A stretch of DNA of 64,000 nt, from the NCBI GenBank assembly GCA_977018835.1, contig OZ361261.1, positions 310,001-374,000 on the forward strand, written 5' to 3'. Shown here one piece after another: positions 34,890-47,158 of the stretch (positions within the stretch are counted from its first letter, which is position 1; each line of letters starts with the position of its first letter). The notes under the pieces were generated by a model. The model did not search any database. It worked only from the letters and a program-made list of their open reading frames with translations, and was not told the DNA's origin. The stretch is from Minutocellus sp. GHC0000111 (taxonomy: Eukaryota). The translations under genes were made by a program, and so were the position numbers.

Positions 34890-35264
34890 TGTTATCGGTG
34901 GATGGGGGAAGCAGAGCGATGATTAGCATCGATGGGGCGTAAATAATGCACGAGCTGTATCGAAAATCGGAAGGAGTTGTGCAATGCAATTTCAGCGAAA
35001 AGCGCGGTGCGGATAAGGTGCGTCGGTTGACACCAAGAGGAAAAAGACTTTGCCGACTTGCACTTAGGCTGACCCAATACTGAGCGATGTCGGCGATTTG
35101 AACCGAAGAGTATCTTTTGACATTGACGTGCTTCGGCTGCTTCAATGAAGTTCATTTGGTTGACCGTCAAATAATATTGGTGCCGATTGACTAGCTACTG
35201 TAGCGAAGCAGGTTAACGAGAGCTATTCGGCCTCAACGCTCTGCCATTCGCAATCGACGCAAAC

Positions 35265-36123
35265 ATGGCAAGCAGCGGCCCGCCACCGCCCTGCCACAAC
35301 CCAAATTGCTCCAATCCAGGCACCCACCGGTGCTCCAAATGCAGAGGAATCAACTTCTGTGGACGCGACTGCCAGTCCAAGTTATGGAACTCGCACAAGG
35401 CTCTGTGCAAGTCCATCGCTCGCGATCCGGATGCCACCTGCCTTCTCGTTGATGGCATGGGCCCTCTGGGTCCTGGAGATTTCTACTCCCAGAACGTACA
35501 GCAGGCCCTTCGAGGTGCCGGGGTCAAATTCGCCACGGTCAACGTGTACAAGGGATCGGGGTTGCGGCTCTGCTCTGAGGGAAGTGCACTGATTCACATC
35601 CTGCATTGTCCTCGGCTGGGGCAGTGGCGGGTGTGATATCGAGAAGGAGTTCGGAAACAGCAAGGAGTTCAAGGAGCTGATCGTTCCATGGGTTCAAAAG
35701 GGAGGCCGGCTCATCGTCCAAGGCGAGAATTGTCAGTATTATGGCAATTGGCCCGAATGGTTTGGTAAGGCCTGGACGTCGTCGGACTATTATCGTACCG
35801 ATCATATTTGTCATGGAAAAAACAACAACGACCTTCACTGGTGCAAGTGGTACCACAAGGCGCGTGGTGCTCTTACGACGTCACGATACAATGTCAAGGC
35901 CGTGATGCTGAAAGATGTGGATCCCGAAGATAATCTCTTTGGCACTTCGAGCGAATCGAGATCGTACAGCCTGGTCCCTATGATGGCGGGACAGGACATT
36001 GACGAAGGTCTGTGCGCTATTGCCGTTGGAAAGTGTGGAGAGGGCTCGGTCAGCTTCTTCGGTGACGTAAATGCAGAGGATGATACTTGCAACATTATGT
36101 CCATCATTGCACGTGGGAAGTGA
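35265..36123 (+). pseudogene. MYND zinc-finger protein with uncharacterised C-terminal domain, frameshifted
   Basis: CHNPNC..CSKCRGINFCGRDCQSKLWNSHKALC. The downstream coding-like segment (WVQKGGRL..SFFGDVNAE) lies in other frames. Confidence 0.6.
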
Positions 36124-36376
36124 GAAGTATATTGGCTTCCAAGTGCTTTCTGTTGTAAACGCACGTGTCTCGCCACTAAATATTGATCGTCGGTAAACAT
36201 TACGGATCTCTCTCTCTTTTCTGCTACTACTGCATGTTGATGAAGCGATTCTAAAGGCCAAGAAATTCAAACCGTTCAATATTACAGAGATCCAAAACCT
36301 AATATACTTTCATCAGCTCATTACGTGTATTCTCTAGTGCATCTGCCTAAACATCCCCGCCTTGTCATTGCCACCA

Positions 36377-36931
36377 TCATCTCCTCCTCGCAGCGGCAAC
36401 ATGTTTGTCGTCGTGATCAATATACCCGGGCCCTTCATCCTTCTCAAACAATTCCACATATCCCTTATCCTTGATCCGTGTACCAGTTCTAAAGTCCCAC
36501 ATGGGATCCTTGCCAACATCTTTCGATCCCGAGTTCATAAACGCCCCCCGCCGAATTTGCGCATGAGTCAGCGCCTCCTCGCGTTCGTTGAGGGGCTTGA
36601 AATGCTTCATAACCAGATACGGGATGGACCCCGCCGCCGCCGTGAAGGCACAGCATGCCGCCAGAGTGGTGCCCTTGGACCACCCGCCCCCGCTTCCGTC
36701 CTTGCTGCCGCCCGACTTTTCTGCCTTTGACGATGCTTGCTTTTTGGTGGCGGCAACGTGTCTCCGAAGTTCGGCGGCAACGTGGGGTGGTACTTTTTGT
36801 TTGGCGCCAGCGCTGCCGGCACCATTTCCTGTTGCCGCAGCTGACGAGGAAGCGTTGGAGGCGAAATGACGCCTTGCTGTGCAAGCCAGTGTTGTACCGA
36901 TTCGTCGGCTGGCTGATATCGGGAGCGGCAT
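36377..36931 (-). CDS. Small membrane protein with probable mitochondrial presequence
   Basis: Arg/Ser-rich N-terminus (RRHFAS), one hydrophobic helix and the motif QIRRGAFMNSGSKDVGKDP. Confidence 0.6.
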   Translation of the reverse strand: MPLPISASRRIGTTLACTARRHFASNASSSAAATGNGAGSAGAKQKVPPHVAAELRRHVAATKKQASSKAEKSGGSKDGSGGGWSKGTTLAACCAFTAAAGSIPYLVMKHFKPLNEREEALTHAQIRRGAFMNSGSKDVGKDPMWDFRTGTRIKDKGYVELFEKDEGPGYIDHDDKHVAAARRR

Positions 36932-37182
36932 TGTTGGGAAGGTTTGTGGGAGCGGTGGGAGACAATGAGGTGGCCGCGTGGCGCGGCGCACAGTGGGCGT
37001 GGATGGTCGGTACGTTGATCCCGTTTTCTGATCCCGTCTTCAGAACCCGCAACCGCCGCATCCATCCATTTCTCAGCCAAGGGAAAAGTAAGTAGACGCC
37101 GACATACCGCCACCGTCCCGCCACAAGAAGTATACCGAGCAGCAACTGTTCCACATAAATATCACATACATTTCTCGCCACC

Positions 37183-38124
37183 ATGCCACAAAGCGCCGGA
37201 GCATCGGGAGGCAAAAAGAAGAAGAAGGGACGGGCCCCAGCCCACCAGAACAAGTATGCCTTCCGCCACAACCCCAAGTCCAAGAAGACGGACAAGATCC
37301 TGACCTCGCCCAACGTGGGCGTTTGTCGTCGCTGCCACGAAAAGATTGAATGGAGGAAGCAGTATCGCAAGTACAAGCCGTTGACGCAGCCTGGCAAGTG
37401 CAACCTCTGCCAGCGGCGGAATATCAAGGCGGCGTATCATACGATTTGTGCCGATTGTGCTGTTGGCGACAGAGCTAATAAGGCAGTTTTGGAGGCAACC
37501 ACCGGTACCAGTGCTGCAGCAAGCGGAAAGACAGAGGCCAAGCCTGAAACTGCGACCGAGTCTACAAGCAACAACGACCAGCAAGTTGCAGTTGATGAAG
37601 CTGTTGCAGTTGAAAATACATCCGACCATGGCTCCGACGACGAAGAAGAAGAGACTCCGGAAACTCCACGAAACAGGCGGGTGTGTGAAATATGTGTCAA
37701 GGATTATGCGCTGGGATCGCTCGAGGACGACGAGGAGGGAGATGAACTGGCCCAGCTCGAGGCGGCTTTGGAGGGCAAGCTCAAGCTTCGGGAGAAGAGG
37801 GCCATCGAGCGCAAGATAGAGCGTCTCGTTGAGGAACGGAGGAGAAATCGCCGCAAGGCCAAGCAACAAGAGCAGGAGGAGGAAGATGATGAGGACGAAA
37901 GTGGGGAGGAGGATGGCAGTAACGCCACCGAAAATGAGAAGAATAACGATGATGTGCAAGAGAAGGTGGCAGCGCAGGAGGATGCCAAAGCAGACGCCAA
38001 CGACGACAATAGTGGCGACGAGGTAGACGAAGAAGAGGACCCCTTCCTCAAGGCTGTTGGTGGGGCCGACAAGTTACTTACTGGCGAGGCATATCAGAAG
38101 GCCCTTCTGGAGAAGGCCGGGTAA
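37183..38124 (+). CDS. C9orf85/DUF2039 family protein with acidic tail
   Basis: PAHQNKYAFRHN..GVCRRCHEKIEWRKQYRKYKPL..KCNLC..AYHTICADCA. Confidence 0.85.
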   Translation: MPQSAGASGGKKKKKGRAPAHQNKYAFRHNPKSKKTDKILTSPNVGVCRRCHEKIEWRKQYRKYKPLTQPGKCNLCQRRNIKAAYHTICADCAVGDRANKAVLEATTGTSAAASGKTEAKPETATESTSNNDQQVAVDEAVAVENTSDHGSDDEEEETPETPRNRRVCEICVKDYALGSLEDDEEGDELAQLEAALEGKLKLREKRAIERKIERLVEERRRNRRKAKQQEQEEEDDEDESGEEDGSNATENEKNNDDVQEKVAAQEDAKADANDDNSGDEVDEEEDPFLKAVGGADKLLTGEAYQKALLEKAG

Positions 38125-38633
38125 GCATAGAACCAACACTTCCTACCAGCTTCCTACGTGATACACACATATCTCGTAAAATTTAGTGCAGCGCATGTTA
38201 CGGTCTACCATTTACGTTTCTAGATCTCATATCTATTGTTCCAACTCTTGCTACTACAATAAATTTATTTACAAATCCCGAAACCCTGTCAAGTGGGCCT
38301 GGTCGTTTGCAGGGCGCGATCATCGCTGATTTGAATGCTCTATTGATCTTGATATTATTCTACATGTGCTATCGGCGAATCGCCTGAAACCTATTGATCC
38401 TATCCCTTCAAGATAGATGATATGCATGACAATCCGATAAACGTTTACGTAGAATTCATACATGTACTACATGTACGCAGACTGTTTGTACGACCAGTCA
38501 GTCAGCAACTTCAAAAATTGAGTTCCCCGCAAACTCATTTTGTCCATGATCATTTGTTGCTAGCAAATCATATGGTGCGAATGGACTTGAATACCGGTAA
38601 ATCGAGTCGAATCAAATCAAATCAAAACTACCA

Positions 38634-39032
38634 TCAGTTTGAGTGTTTGTCAAGAATGGCCTTGGTCTCCTGGTACCACTCATCGGTGTATGTCTTACCA
38701 AAGTACTCCATCCACCACTCACGCTGATCCTCAGGGTAGCCATAGTCACTTTTCGAATCTGGTTCCGTTAGAGTACACGAGAGGTGGTGCTCCTCGAGGA
38801 TCTCGTGGCACGTGGCATCGACCTTGGCGCCACGCTCGATGAGCAGGTTCAGCATCTCCGCACAACAGAAGCCATCGATGGCGTGCTGGAGCAGGGTGTA
38901 GTTGTTGAGGACATCACCTACGTGCATTTTCTTGATCTTCTTGTTGACATACTCCGGGGCCTCATCGAGGGCCTTGGCGATGGCCTTGGTGTCATCGTCG
39001 GTCACCGTGCAATAAAGCCAATGCTCATCCAT
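38634..39032 (-). CDS. Small protein with one ankyrin-like repeat
   Basis: YTLLQHAIDG..EMLNLLIERGAKVD. Confidence 0.55.
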   Translation of the reverse strand: MDEHWLYCTVTDDDTKAIAKALDEAPEYVNKKIKKMHVGDVLNNYTLLQHAIDGFCCAEMLNLLIERGAKVDATCHEILEEHHLSCTLTEPDSKSDYGYPEDQREWWMEYFGKTYTDEWYQETKAILDKHSN

Positions 39033-39433
39033 TTTCCGGTGATCTGATGTGAAAGTTTCTTCGCTCGACGACGCAAAATAATGGAGAATGGTAAGACAAT
39101 GTAATGTGACTAGGGGAAAGACGATAAGAATAGTCGGCCGAAGCGCACTTTATTCAACAGCAAGGTAAACGGCGACCACGACCTACCCGGTATCTTGGAA
39201 GATGGCGCAGTCATTCGCCGAGCGAGAGCATGATGGTCGTTTGCTGGTCCCGATTTTTGCAAAAGCGGCGCTCTTCCGCAGCCATCGAGCCTGCGAGCAA
39301 GCGAGACGGCCATCGAACAATAGCCAACAACAACCAAAATCCTGTTTACATATGCTACATGTACCATACTCTCATGGGAGTAAAGTATAATACTAGTAAA
39401 TGATCTTCCTATTAAGAAATATCAACGTGTAAT

Positions 39434-41832
39434 CTAAAAATCGTGGAACATTTGCTGTTCCTTCTCGTTCAAGGGTTTGAGCTTCGAATCCGTCTTCTTC
39501 TCGAGATGATCCCAATTATCAAAGTTGGACACATCGAGGGCATCCTTAATATCCGGCTTCCATGGCGCACTGATCTTCTTCTCGGCGAGGGCCTCCCAAT
39601 CCAATTCCTTGAACCAAGGATGACGCTTGATGTCGTCGGCGGCACCAGCAAAGCTTCCTAAGCGTTCGCTCTGGCGGACGGTTAGCATTCTACGAATCAA
39701 ATCCTTCGAAAAAGTGCTCATGAAATTTCCACCCGGAAAGTCAAACTTGCCGCTGATAATCCTCTTGAACAGTGTCATCTGGTCCATGCTCTTTTCATAG
39801 AATGGAGTTGAACCGACGATGGGCTCGTATAGCAGGACTCCCCAAGACCAGTGGTCAGCACCCGCATTGTGCCCTTTTTGAAGGATGATCTCCGGGGCAA
39901 GGTACAATGGCGTTCCGCAGAACGTATATGTCTTGCCATCAATAAGCTTGGCAAATCCGAGATCGATGATAACGCAGTATCCATCGCTATCCAAAAGCAC
40001 ATTCTCACCCTTCAAATCACGATAAATGATATGGCGGGTGTGCATGTGAGTGAGGCCTTCCAGGACGCCAGCCATATAAAATTTGGCAGCATCTTCCGGA
40101 AGTCCATCACGCTTATTTGTGTGGATGATAGACCACAGCTCACCGCCCTGGTAGAGCTTGGTCAGCATGTAGATGGACGTTGCATCTTGGTACGTTGCGG
40201 AGAGGCTAATGATAAAGGGCGAATCGAGCTGAGCCATAATATTCTTTTCGCGGATCACTCCTTCCGCCTGATGGTGCTCAATCAACTGTCGCTTCACCTG
40301 AATCTTCAAGGCGTACGCGTCCTTGGTACCCTTTCGACTAACAAGCCAAACCCGACCGAAGGTACCAGCACCGAGAATGCGATGCTTCTCCAGCTCTTCG
40401 AAGGGTATCTGCAAGTCCTTCTTCTTTCGGTCTCGTCCAATGACACTGCGAATGTTCTTGATGGTCAACACTCCAAGATTACATTCCTCCAGGGCAGTTG
40501 CCGTCGCCTTGGCCTCGATGTTGCCACGCTAGTCCGTCTTGAGAAGATTGTCCTCGCCGAAGTAAACGGCCTCCGAGATCATCTTCATTTTCCCGTCATT
40601 GGACCTCAGCGATACCTTGCCACTTCGTACAATGTAAAGCGTCCCATGCGTCTGCTTGCCTTCCGTGAAGAACACCTGGCCCTTCTTGTAGGTCTTTTCT
40701 TCCACCTGGGCTGCCAAGCCGGTATACTCGGCGTCTGTCAGGTTGGGCTTGTCGATGGGGATTGTTTTGAGCAACAACTTGAATTTGGACCGGAGGATGA
40801 CCTCCTCCAACTCGCCAAATAGTCGGACAAAGGCCTCCTTGCTCATGCACAGCAGCTCGGTCTTCTCCACGGCAACGTCATTCCCCCCAAAGGGCTCGTT
40901 CTTGACAATAGCCCTGTCACCGAAGCAGTCCCCGGGCCCAAGGTCAACGTCATCGTAGGTGCTGCCTCCGTAGGATATGTCGGTTGCCCGAACCTTGCCA
41001 GTTTTGACGATAAAAACTCGGTGACGGAATCTCCCTTGTTGGCGACCTGTTCGCCTGCCTGGTAGGTTTTGAGATGAAGTGCACCGGCCATCTTACCGAA
41101 CATTCTGTCGTCGGCATCCTTGAGGAAGGCAACTCCACGAAGAAGTCGCACGGTCTCGTCATCGTGGGACATTTTGAAGTTGGCAAGGATTCTCTTGAAG
41201 GTTTCCTGGTCCAGCCTCCACAGGGTGCACTCGGCGGTGGCCACGACGTCGGCAGCTCTCGGGCAGTCATAGAGCAAAGCCAGCTCTCCGAACGAGGCGC
41301 CGAACCCAGCCGTCCCAACCTTTTTGCCATCGACGACGAACTTGACCGCTCCGGACTGCAGGACGTAAAAATAATCCCCGACCGCGGTACCCTGCTCGAT
41401 GATGCGCTGTCCCTTCTGGGCCGTGACCTTGTCGAAGGCGCCGACCAGAGTTTTCTTCTCCCTCGCGGACAGATGCTCAAAGACAAAGTTGTCGGACAAT
41501 GCGGCCGAGATGAACGCCGCCTCCTCCTCCGTCTTGTCGTGGACGGGGGGCGAATACCTCTCGTCCAGCCCCTGAAGGGGGGCGGCGAACACATCTCGCA
41601 GACGGCGCGCACCCTCCCGGGCCTCCTCGGCGCGCTTCTTGAACTTGGCGTCGAGGGCATCGCGGCTGGTGTCGTCGAGGTTGAAGATGTGGCCAAAGTC
41701 GGCGAAGGTGGACTTGCCCGTGTCGACGGCCTTGGTGAACGTCTCCTTTACTCCATGGGCGTTGTTGGCGTTGGCATCGGCAGCGCCTGCAGCGCCGGCA
41801 ACTCCGCCGTCGGAGCCGAAGCAGTTGCCCAT
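39434..41832 (-). pseudogene. cGMP/cAMP-dependent protein kinase (PKG-like, tandem cNMP domains plus AGC kinase); frameshift at ~41012-41016 and in-frame TAG at 40529-40531
   Basis: MGNC myristoylation start, FGELALLYDCPRAA, LGAGTFGRV, YRDLKGEN, IDLGFAK, TFCGTPLYLAPE and AGC tail. Confidence 0.88.
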
Positions 41833-42859
41833 GATGCCGATATCACTTGTGCTTTTGTTTACTGTCTTCGGTTACGAGTGGGAGTTTGCAAGTTGACCGA
41901 GCAGAGGGTACCTCAGCTGCCGCACAAACCGCACAAGATGTGCCGAGGAGCGCATCGTATCCTTCGGAGCGACCTCGCTCGCCAACGCAGCAACTCGATC
42001 GACGACCGGGACCAATACATAATTCCGGGACCAAAAAGCTGCAAAAGCGAGAGAGAGCAGATGGCAGAGAGATGAGAGAGCTCGGGCCCATTCGATGCAT
42101 GCATGTGCCTTTTGCAAGAGGGTTCTTTAAGGCGAAGATGAGTGCATTTTTGCCGCGGCATGCATGTGCCAAGGTTATATATAATATGAGAGAATTCCGG
42201 ACGTCCTTCATCAGCAGCACTCTCACATTATTTGTTTTGCTGCTGCTTCTCTACAAAAAATCACACAAGAGATTGACTCTTCATTTCCTAGTAATTTTTG
42301 TTTGCTATTTGCTAAATAGACTCCTCTATGTATCTTAGTATCGTCTATTGGTGGTCTAGTAGCTTGAAGTCATCGTGGCAAGAGCGGTTGCAGCCGTAGC
42401 AACTGCTGACAGCGCGGGGCGTCGTGTGCGCGCGCCTCAAATAAATTTTAAATTGAGTGCTTTGCTGCGCTCTCTGCTGCTGGAAAGCGGAGAACTGGCG
42501 CACTGATCTCATGATGCTCCCAACTTTGGAGCTACTGGCGAGCGAGCGCGGCTATGCGCAGTGCTATGGGCCTCGTCAGTCCTTCGAGGGACATTTTATC
42601 ATCTCGGGAACAGAGAGACGTCTGACTGTGCCATGCCTCTGTGGGCTTGCAGGAGAATCTCTGTAGGCCTACCTCTGGCCTCTTTTGTTCAGGCCGCCGG
42701 CGCACGCTTCGGAGCGGCAGGAAATGCTGTCGGATGGTTCGACAGTGAAATCGAGCGAAGGAAGAGGCTTCAAATCTTCATAAGGGAGAGGGAGGCATTT
42801 TGTTTATTTTTTAGCCTGTCTTGGGCAAAAAGGGGGGTCTTTTCAAGTCTCCAATCTCC

Positions 42860-43210
42860 TCACTTCGGGGGCTGGATGAAGTAGACGGCACCCTCCCCAT
42901 CGACCCAGACGATGTTGGGGTCTTCCGACAGCCTCTTGAGATCTTCCTGGCCGATGGACACGTTGAGGATGTTGGACAACGAGCCAAAGTCGTAGTGGAC
43001 CGCCTTGGCTACTGAGAGGATCGCCTGCCGTCCGGCGTCGTTGCGGTACTTGATGTTGGCAGTTGCCATGTTTTCGTGGCAGGCGGAGGCGGACGCAGAG
43101 GCGGTGGGCGGAGAGGAGGGAGAGGGGGAGATAGCCTTGGCAACACGCATCATCTTTTCGGATTGCGCTTCTACCGGTACGGCGGAGGAGGTTGCTTGAC
43201 TGGTTTCCAT
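42860..43210 (-). CDS. Small protein resembling a stand-alone subtilisin prodomain (inhibitor I9-like)
   Basis: IKYRN..VHYDFG..LKRLSEDPNIVWVDGEGAVY resembles the I9 end motif L..DPNV.YVE.D..V. Confidence 0.4.
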   Translation of the reverse strand: METSQATSSAVPVEAQSEKMMRVAKAISPSPSSPPTASASASACHENMATANIKYRNDAGRQAILSVAKAVHYDFGSLSNILNVSIGQEDLKRLSEDPNIVWVDGEGAVYFIQPPK

Positions 43211-43519
43211 CGTTTTGTGTTATGGCAATTGGTGGAGCTTGAAGACGCTTTGCAAAAAAGCACAGAGAAATGTCGACTTTCCTCACCACCTGGCCTGGCC
43301 TTTTGTGTTTTCGCCGACTTCAACATCAATCTTCGGTTTGACGTCATGAGGTTAAAATTCATTGACTCACTCGACTCATAAAATAGCAGCTGAGGAGAGG
43401 GCGTTGCAGCGTGGCAAACAGTCAGTGTGCTTCTCTCTGGTCTCTCAAAAGCTGCCGGTATGCATCTACGTAAGTCTTGCTACTACTCAGTGCACATCTT
43501 AAGTTGCGTTAAAAATTCC

Positions 43520-44761
43520 TTATGCCTCGGCCACCATCTTCTTGAGCTCGGCATCCAAGGTGGAGGCAATGTCCTCCTCGGTGGCACCGTCCGATACGGC
43601 CGAAAGAGCCGCAGCACCCAGCCTCTGAGCCGCCCGTCTCTTTCCAATCAACGTATCGTCCGACAGGGTAAGGGTGAAGCGGAGAGGAGTACGAACGTAG
43701 TTCACCGTCTGCTCCCGTCCCTCGAGGAGAACGACCATGCCCGCCTCGCCCATCTGCCGGATGGCATCCGCCGCGAACAGAATGACTTCGCCCTGCGTTA
43801 CCTTGGCAACAGTGGGGATATTGCGAGATACCTTGGGTACCTTGAGCTCCGTGTTTTGGACCTCCGATACGAGCAGATCGAGGCCAAGACCGCTGATCTT
43901 GGTATCGAACTTTCCATTGAACTGAGCGCATGCATAACAACAAAATTATGATAATATAATAGCACAGAGTTTTTCAATGCGATGAGATAAAGAAAGGTTC
44001 GTACCAATAAAAGCATCTGGATATGCATGCAACATTAGCCCAGCACACACACATCATCCGCACACAATCATTTTCCACCGGAAAACTTCCATCGAACTCA
44101 CCTTTCCAAACTCCAGCATGTTCATAAAGCTGGCCAAATTCTCCTTGGTAAGGGCCCGGCCGGCATCGAACCCATCCACATCATCCTGCTGCTCGCACCA
44201 CGTGGCAGCCAGGAGAGTCACGCTCCGAAAGATGTTGCCGTTCGACCAGCAAACCACCTCCTTGGCATCGTCGCCATTACCCTCAATCATCTCCTGCAAT
44301 TTGGACACGGTCGTGCCCTTGCCGGTGCCGCTCAGACCGCAAATGACAATGACCGATTCCCCCTCCGACTTCTTCATGGCCGCCAAAATCTCACCAGCCA
44401 CGTCCGAGGGCGTTTTACCCAACACGTCGATGGTAATGTACGGTTCGGGGACAAAGTCGGGATCGATCACGCCCTTGTCCTTGGCGTAGTCGATGCCCAC
44501 CTGGAGCTTGTCGGCGTCCTCCTGGTCACGGGCCAGAATGTCGGCCCCCTCCTTGGCCGAGAGGGCGGTAAAGTCCTCGGAGGATTCATACTGAGCAATG
44601 AGGGCCGTGGAGGTTTCGGCGTTCTGCTTGGAGAGGAGTTCGTACGAGATGGGCATGATTGTTGTTGGTCGATTAGTAGAGGTGAATAATCGGTGACGGA
44701 TGGGAGCACGAAGGAGAGATCTACGAGCGAGGGATGCAACGGCGGCGGTCGGCAGCAGCAT
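43520..44761 (-). CDS. Cytidylate-kinase-like P-loop kinase, 2 exons (44761-44102, 43921-43520)
   Basis: P-loop ICGLSGTGKGTT, then WSNGNIFRSVT and LLEGREQT (cf. CMK DTGAMYR / DGRD). In-frame intron 43922-44101; mitochondrial-like leader. Confidence 0.65.
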
Positions 44762-45189
44762 GCGTCGTCATTGTGGATGGAAGCGAAAAGCACTTGCCTT
44801 GCATCTGCTTGCTTTGTTTTTGGCGATCGACCGCCACGTGGAAGGCGAGGAGAAGAAGCAGCACAACGACACCACGGCACGCCAAGATGTGCACATTTTT
44901 CCTGCGTATCTTACCGGAAGTGCCTGATGGATGGAGCCGTCTGCAGTAACTGCAGGCCCATCCCAACGATGGGCTGTGGAAAATACTAAGTGATAATGAT
45001 GCTATAGCGCTGCGGCCAGGCCAGCCGGCAGAGGTGCCTGACGATGTGTAATCAATCAGCAAAAATCAAAATAGCAAAGATGAATAAGATGAATCAGTGA
45101 CGTGCCAGGCCAGGTCTGGCTTGCACCACTGCCATCCATTTCTACCTGCAGGCCAAGCCGAGAGCCTGCACAGCTTGGTGCATACACCC

Positions 45190-47025
45190 ATGGAGATAGC
45201 CTACGTCTACACCAAACCCAGGTCGGAGTTCGGCAAGCAATGCTTCTTCGCCGATGGTCCCACGCAGATCCTGGAATCGATCCTCCCCACCGACGAATAC
45301 GATGACAACTACGTCCAACGCAATCCACGGTCCGTGGGGGTCTGCACGGCCCCGCAAATGTCGGAAAGCGAGGTGAACACCGAGCGCATCACCACCACCC
45401 ACTCCAGCATGCACCACGTGGAGGGCGGGTGGCCCAAGGACGTCGATCCGACGGAGCAGAGCGACGTGGCACGGTACCGCAAGAAGGCCGAGAAGGACGA
45501 GGAGTATCAGTATGCCGTCAAGGTGCTGGGTCCCATTGTGATGAAGTGCATGCGTGAGAACAATACCATCAACCTCTATGAAGACTACTTTGCTGAGGAG
45601 GAGAATGATGGTGGTGGTGATGACGGTGATGCTGCTGCTACAGGTGCAGGTGGCGGCAGTTCTCAGCATCGAACGGAGGCACCTTCGGCCAAGGGAGTGG
45701 CCGTGTTTCGTGATCCCAACAACGTCAAAAGAACGGCAACCTCCATCGATTGGCATCCCGAGGGCAGCAAAATTGCCGTGTCGTATTCCATCCTCAACTT
45801 TCAAGACAAGAGGCTGCTGGATCCCAAAATGTCGTCCTCGGCGTATATATGGGACATTACCAACAGTAACTCACCCCTCGTGGAATTGCTGTCGCCATCT
45901 CCACTCACTTGTCTAAGGTTCAATCCCAAGAGCTCGGATACGTTGGTCGGAGGATGCTACAATGGCCTGATTGTGTACTTTGATCTGCGCAAGCCCAATG
46001 CACCTACCGGCAAATGCAAACCGCTGTCGGTGTCGGTGATTGACAAGTCGCACCACGATCCTGTAGGTGATGTGTTTTGGGTTCAGAGCAAGACAGGTCA
46101 TCAGTGTGCATCAGTATCGACAGATGGACAGCTCCTTTGGTGGGATACGAGGAATCTGCAGGCCCCAATCGATTCCATTCTGTTGCCCAAAACCGGTGCC
46201 GGCGATGGAGCTGCTAAGGATGGTGGCGACGACAAGAAGTTGAGACTTGGTGGAAGCAGTCTGGAGTACAACACCGAGGCTGTTCCGACCAAATATCTGG
46301 TTGGAACCGAACAGGGCATACCGTTGTCCATCAATTTGCGCCAGCGCAAGGCCAATAATGGCATCACAGTATTGGAATCTCAGGGCAGCAACAACAATGG
46401 ACAGCATCATGGTGCAGTGAGAACAATTCAGCGCAATCCGATGCACACGAAATTCTTCCTGACGGTGGGTGATTGGACCGCCAAGATTTGGTCAGAGGAC
46501 ATCAAATCGCCAATCGTAACCACTCGATACCACGAAGCATATGCCACGTCCGGATGTTGGTCGCTGACTCGACCGGGTGTGTTCTACATAACCCGCATGG
46601 ACGGTGCTGTGGATATTTGGGATTTGTACCAGAGCCAAGGCGAGGTAACCTACAGTCACAAGGTGAGCGATGTGGCTCTATCGGCCGTTAGTGTTCAGGG
46701 CAATACTCAGAGTGGAGGCAAGCTAGTGGCCGTGGGTGATACCAATGGCACGGTGAGTCTGTTGGAGGTGTGCAATTCGCTGTCCAAGCTGCAGCCAGAC
46801 GAAAAGGCGTCATTGGGCAGCGTGTTTGACCGTGAAGCTCGACGCGAAAAGAATTTGGAGATTCGAGACCGAGAAGAGAAGCGTGCCAAGGCCATCGAAG
46901 AGAGCCGGCTCAAAAAGGAAAAGGAAATCTTGGAACTTGCGGATGATGACGAGGAGGACTTGTTACTAAAGGCGGAGGTGGAGTTTTTCTCCATGCTCAA
47001 GGAGGACGAGAAGGCGGGAAAGTAA
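45190..47025 (+). CDS. DNAI2: Axonemal outer-arm dynein intermediate chain (IC2/ODA6/DNAI2-like)
   Basis: MEIAYVYTKPRSEFGKQC, HVEGGWPKDVD, and WD40 repeats with SKTGHQCASVSTDG and FLTVGDWTAKIW. Confidence 0.9.
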   Translation: MEIAYVYTKPRSEFGKQCFFADGPTQILESILPTDEYDDNYVQRNPRSVGVCTAPQMSESEVNTERITTTHSSMHHVEGGWPKDVDPTEQSDVARYRKKAEKDEEYQYAVKVLGPIVMKCMRENNTINLYEDYFAEEENDGGGDDGDAAATGAGGGSSQHRTEAPSAKGVAVFRDPNNVKRTATSIDWHPEGSKIAVSYSILNFQDKRLLDPKMSSSAYIWDITNSNSPLVELLSPSPLTCLRFNPKSSDTLVGGCYNGLIVYFDLRKPNAPTGKCKPLSVSVIDKSHHDPVGDVFWVQSKTGHQCASVSTDGQLLWWDTRNLQAPIDSILLPKTGAGDGAAKDGGDDKKLRLGGSSLEYNTEAVPTKYLVGTEQGIPLSINLRQRKANNGITVLESQGSNNNGQHHGAVRTIQRNPMHTKFFLTVGDWTAKIWSEDIKSPIVTTRYHEAYATSGCWSLTRPGVFYITRMDGAVDIWDLYQSQGEVTYSHKVSDVALSAVSVQGNTQSGGKLVAVGDTNGTVSLLEVCNSLSKLQPDEKASLGSVFDREARREKNLEIRDREEKRAKAIEESRLKKEKEILELADDDEEDLLLKAEVEFFSMLKEDEKAGK

Positions 47026-47158
47026 GAATGATTTGGCTGAAATCTAATGCAACATTAGCTTCGTAGTAAAGTTCTTCTCTATCAAACAAATATGGAGCCT
47101 TACAATATTATGGTACAATGCCGACCAGGTGCATGTACGCAGCCGCTACTAGACTAGC

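Noticed and set aside
18560..41832. TMCO1, iGluR, C2 and PKG genes as a calcium-signalling cluster
   Set aside because: They are interspersed with unrelated genes; co-location is expected by chance in a compact genome.
33198..42075. Long antisense ORFs (e.g. 33198-34310, 39851-40822, 41074-42075; also 15356-16198)
   Set aside because: They are shadow ORFs opposite GC-rich genuine coding regions, with no protein motifs.
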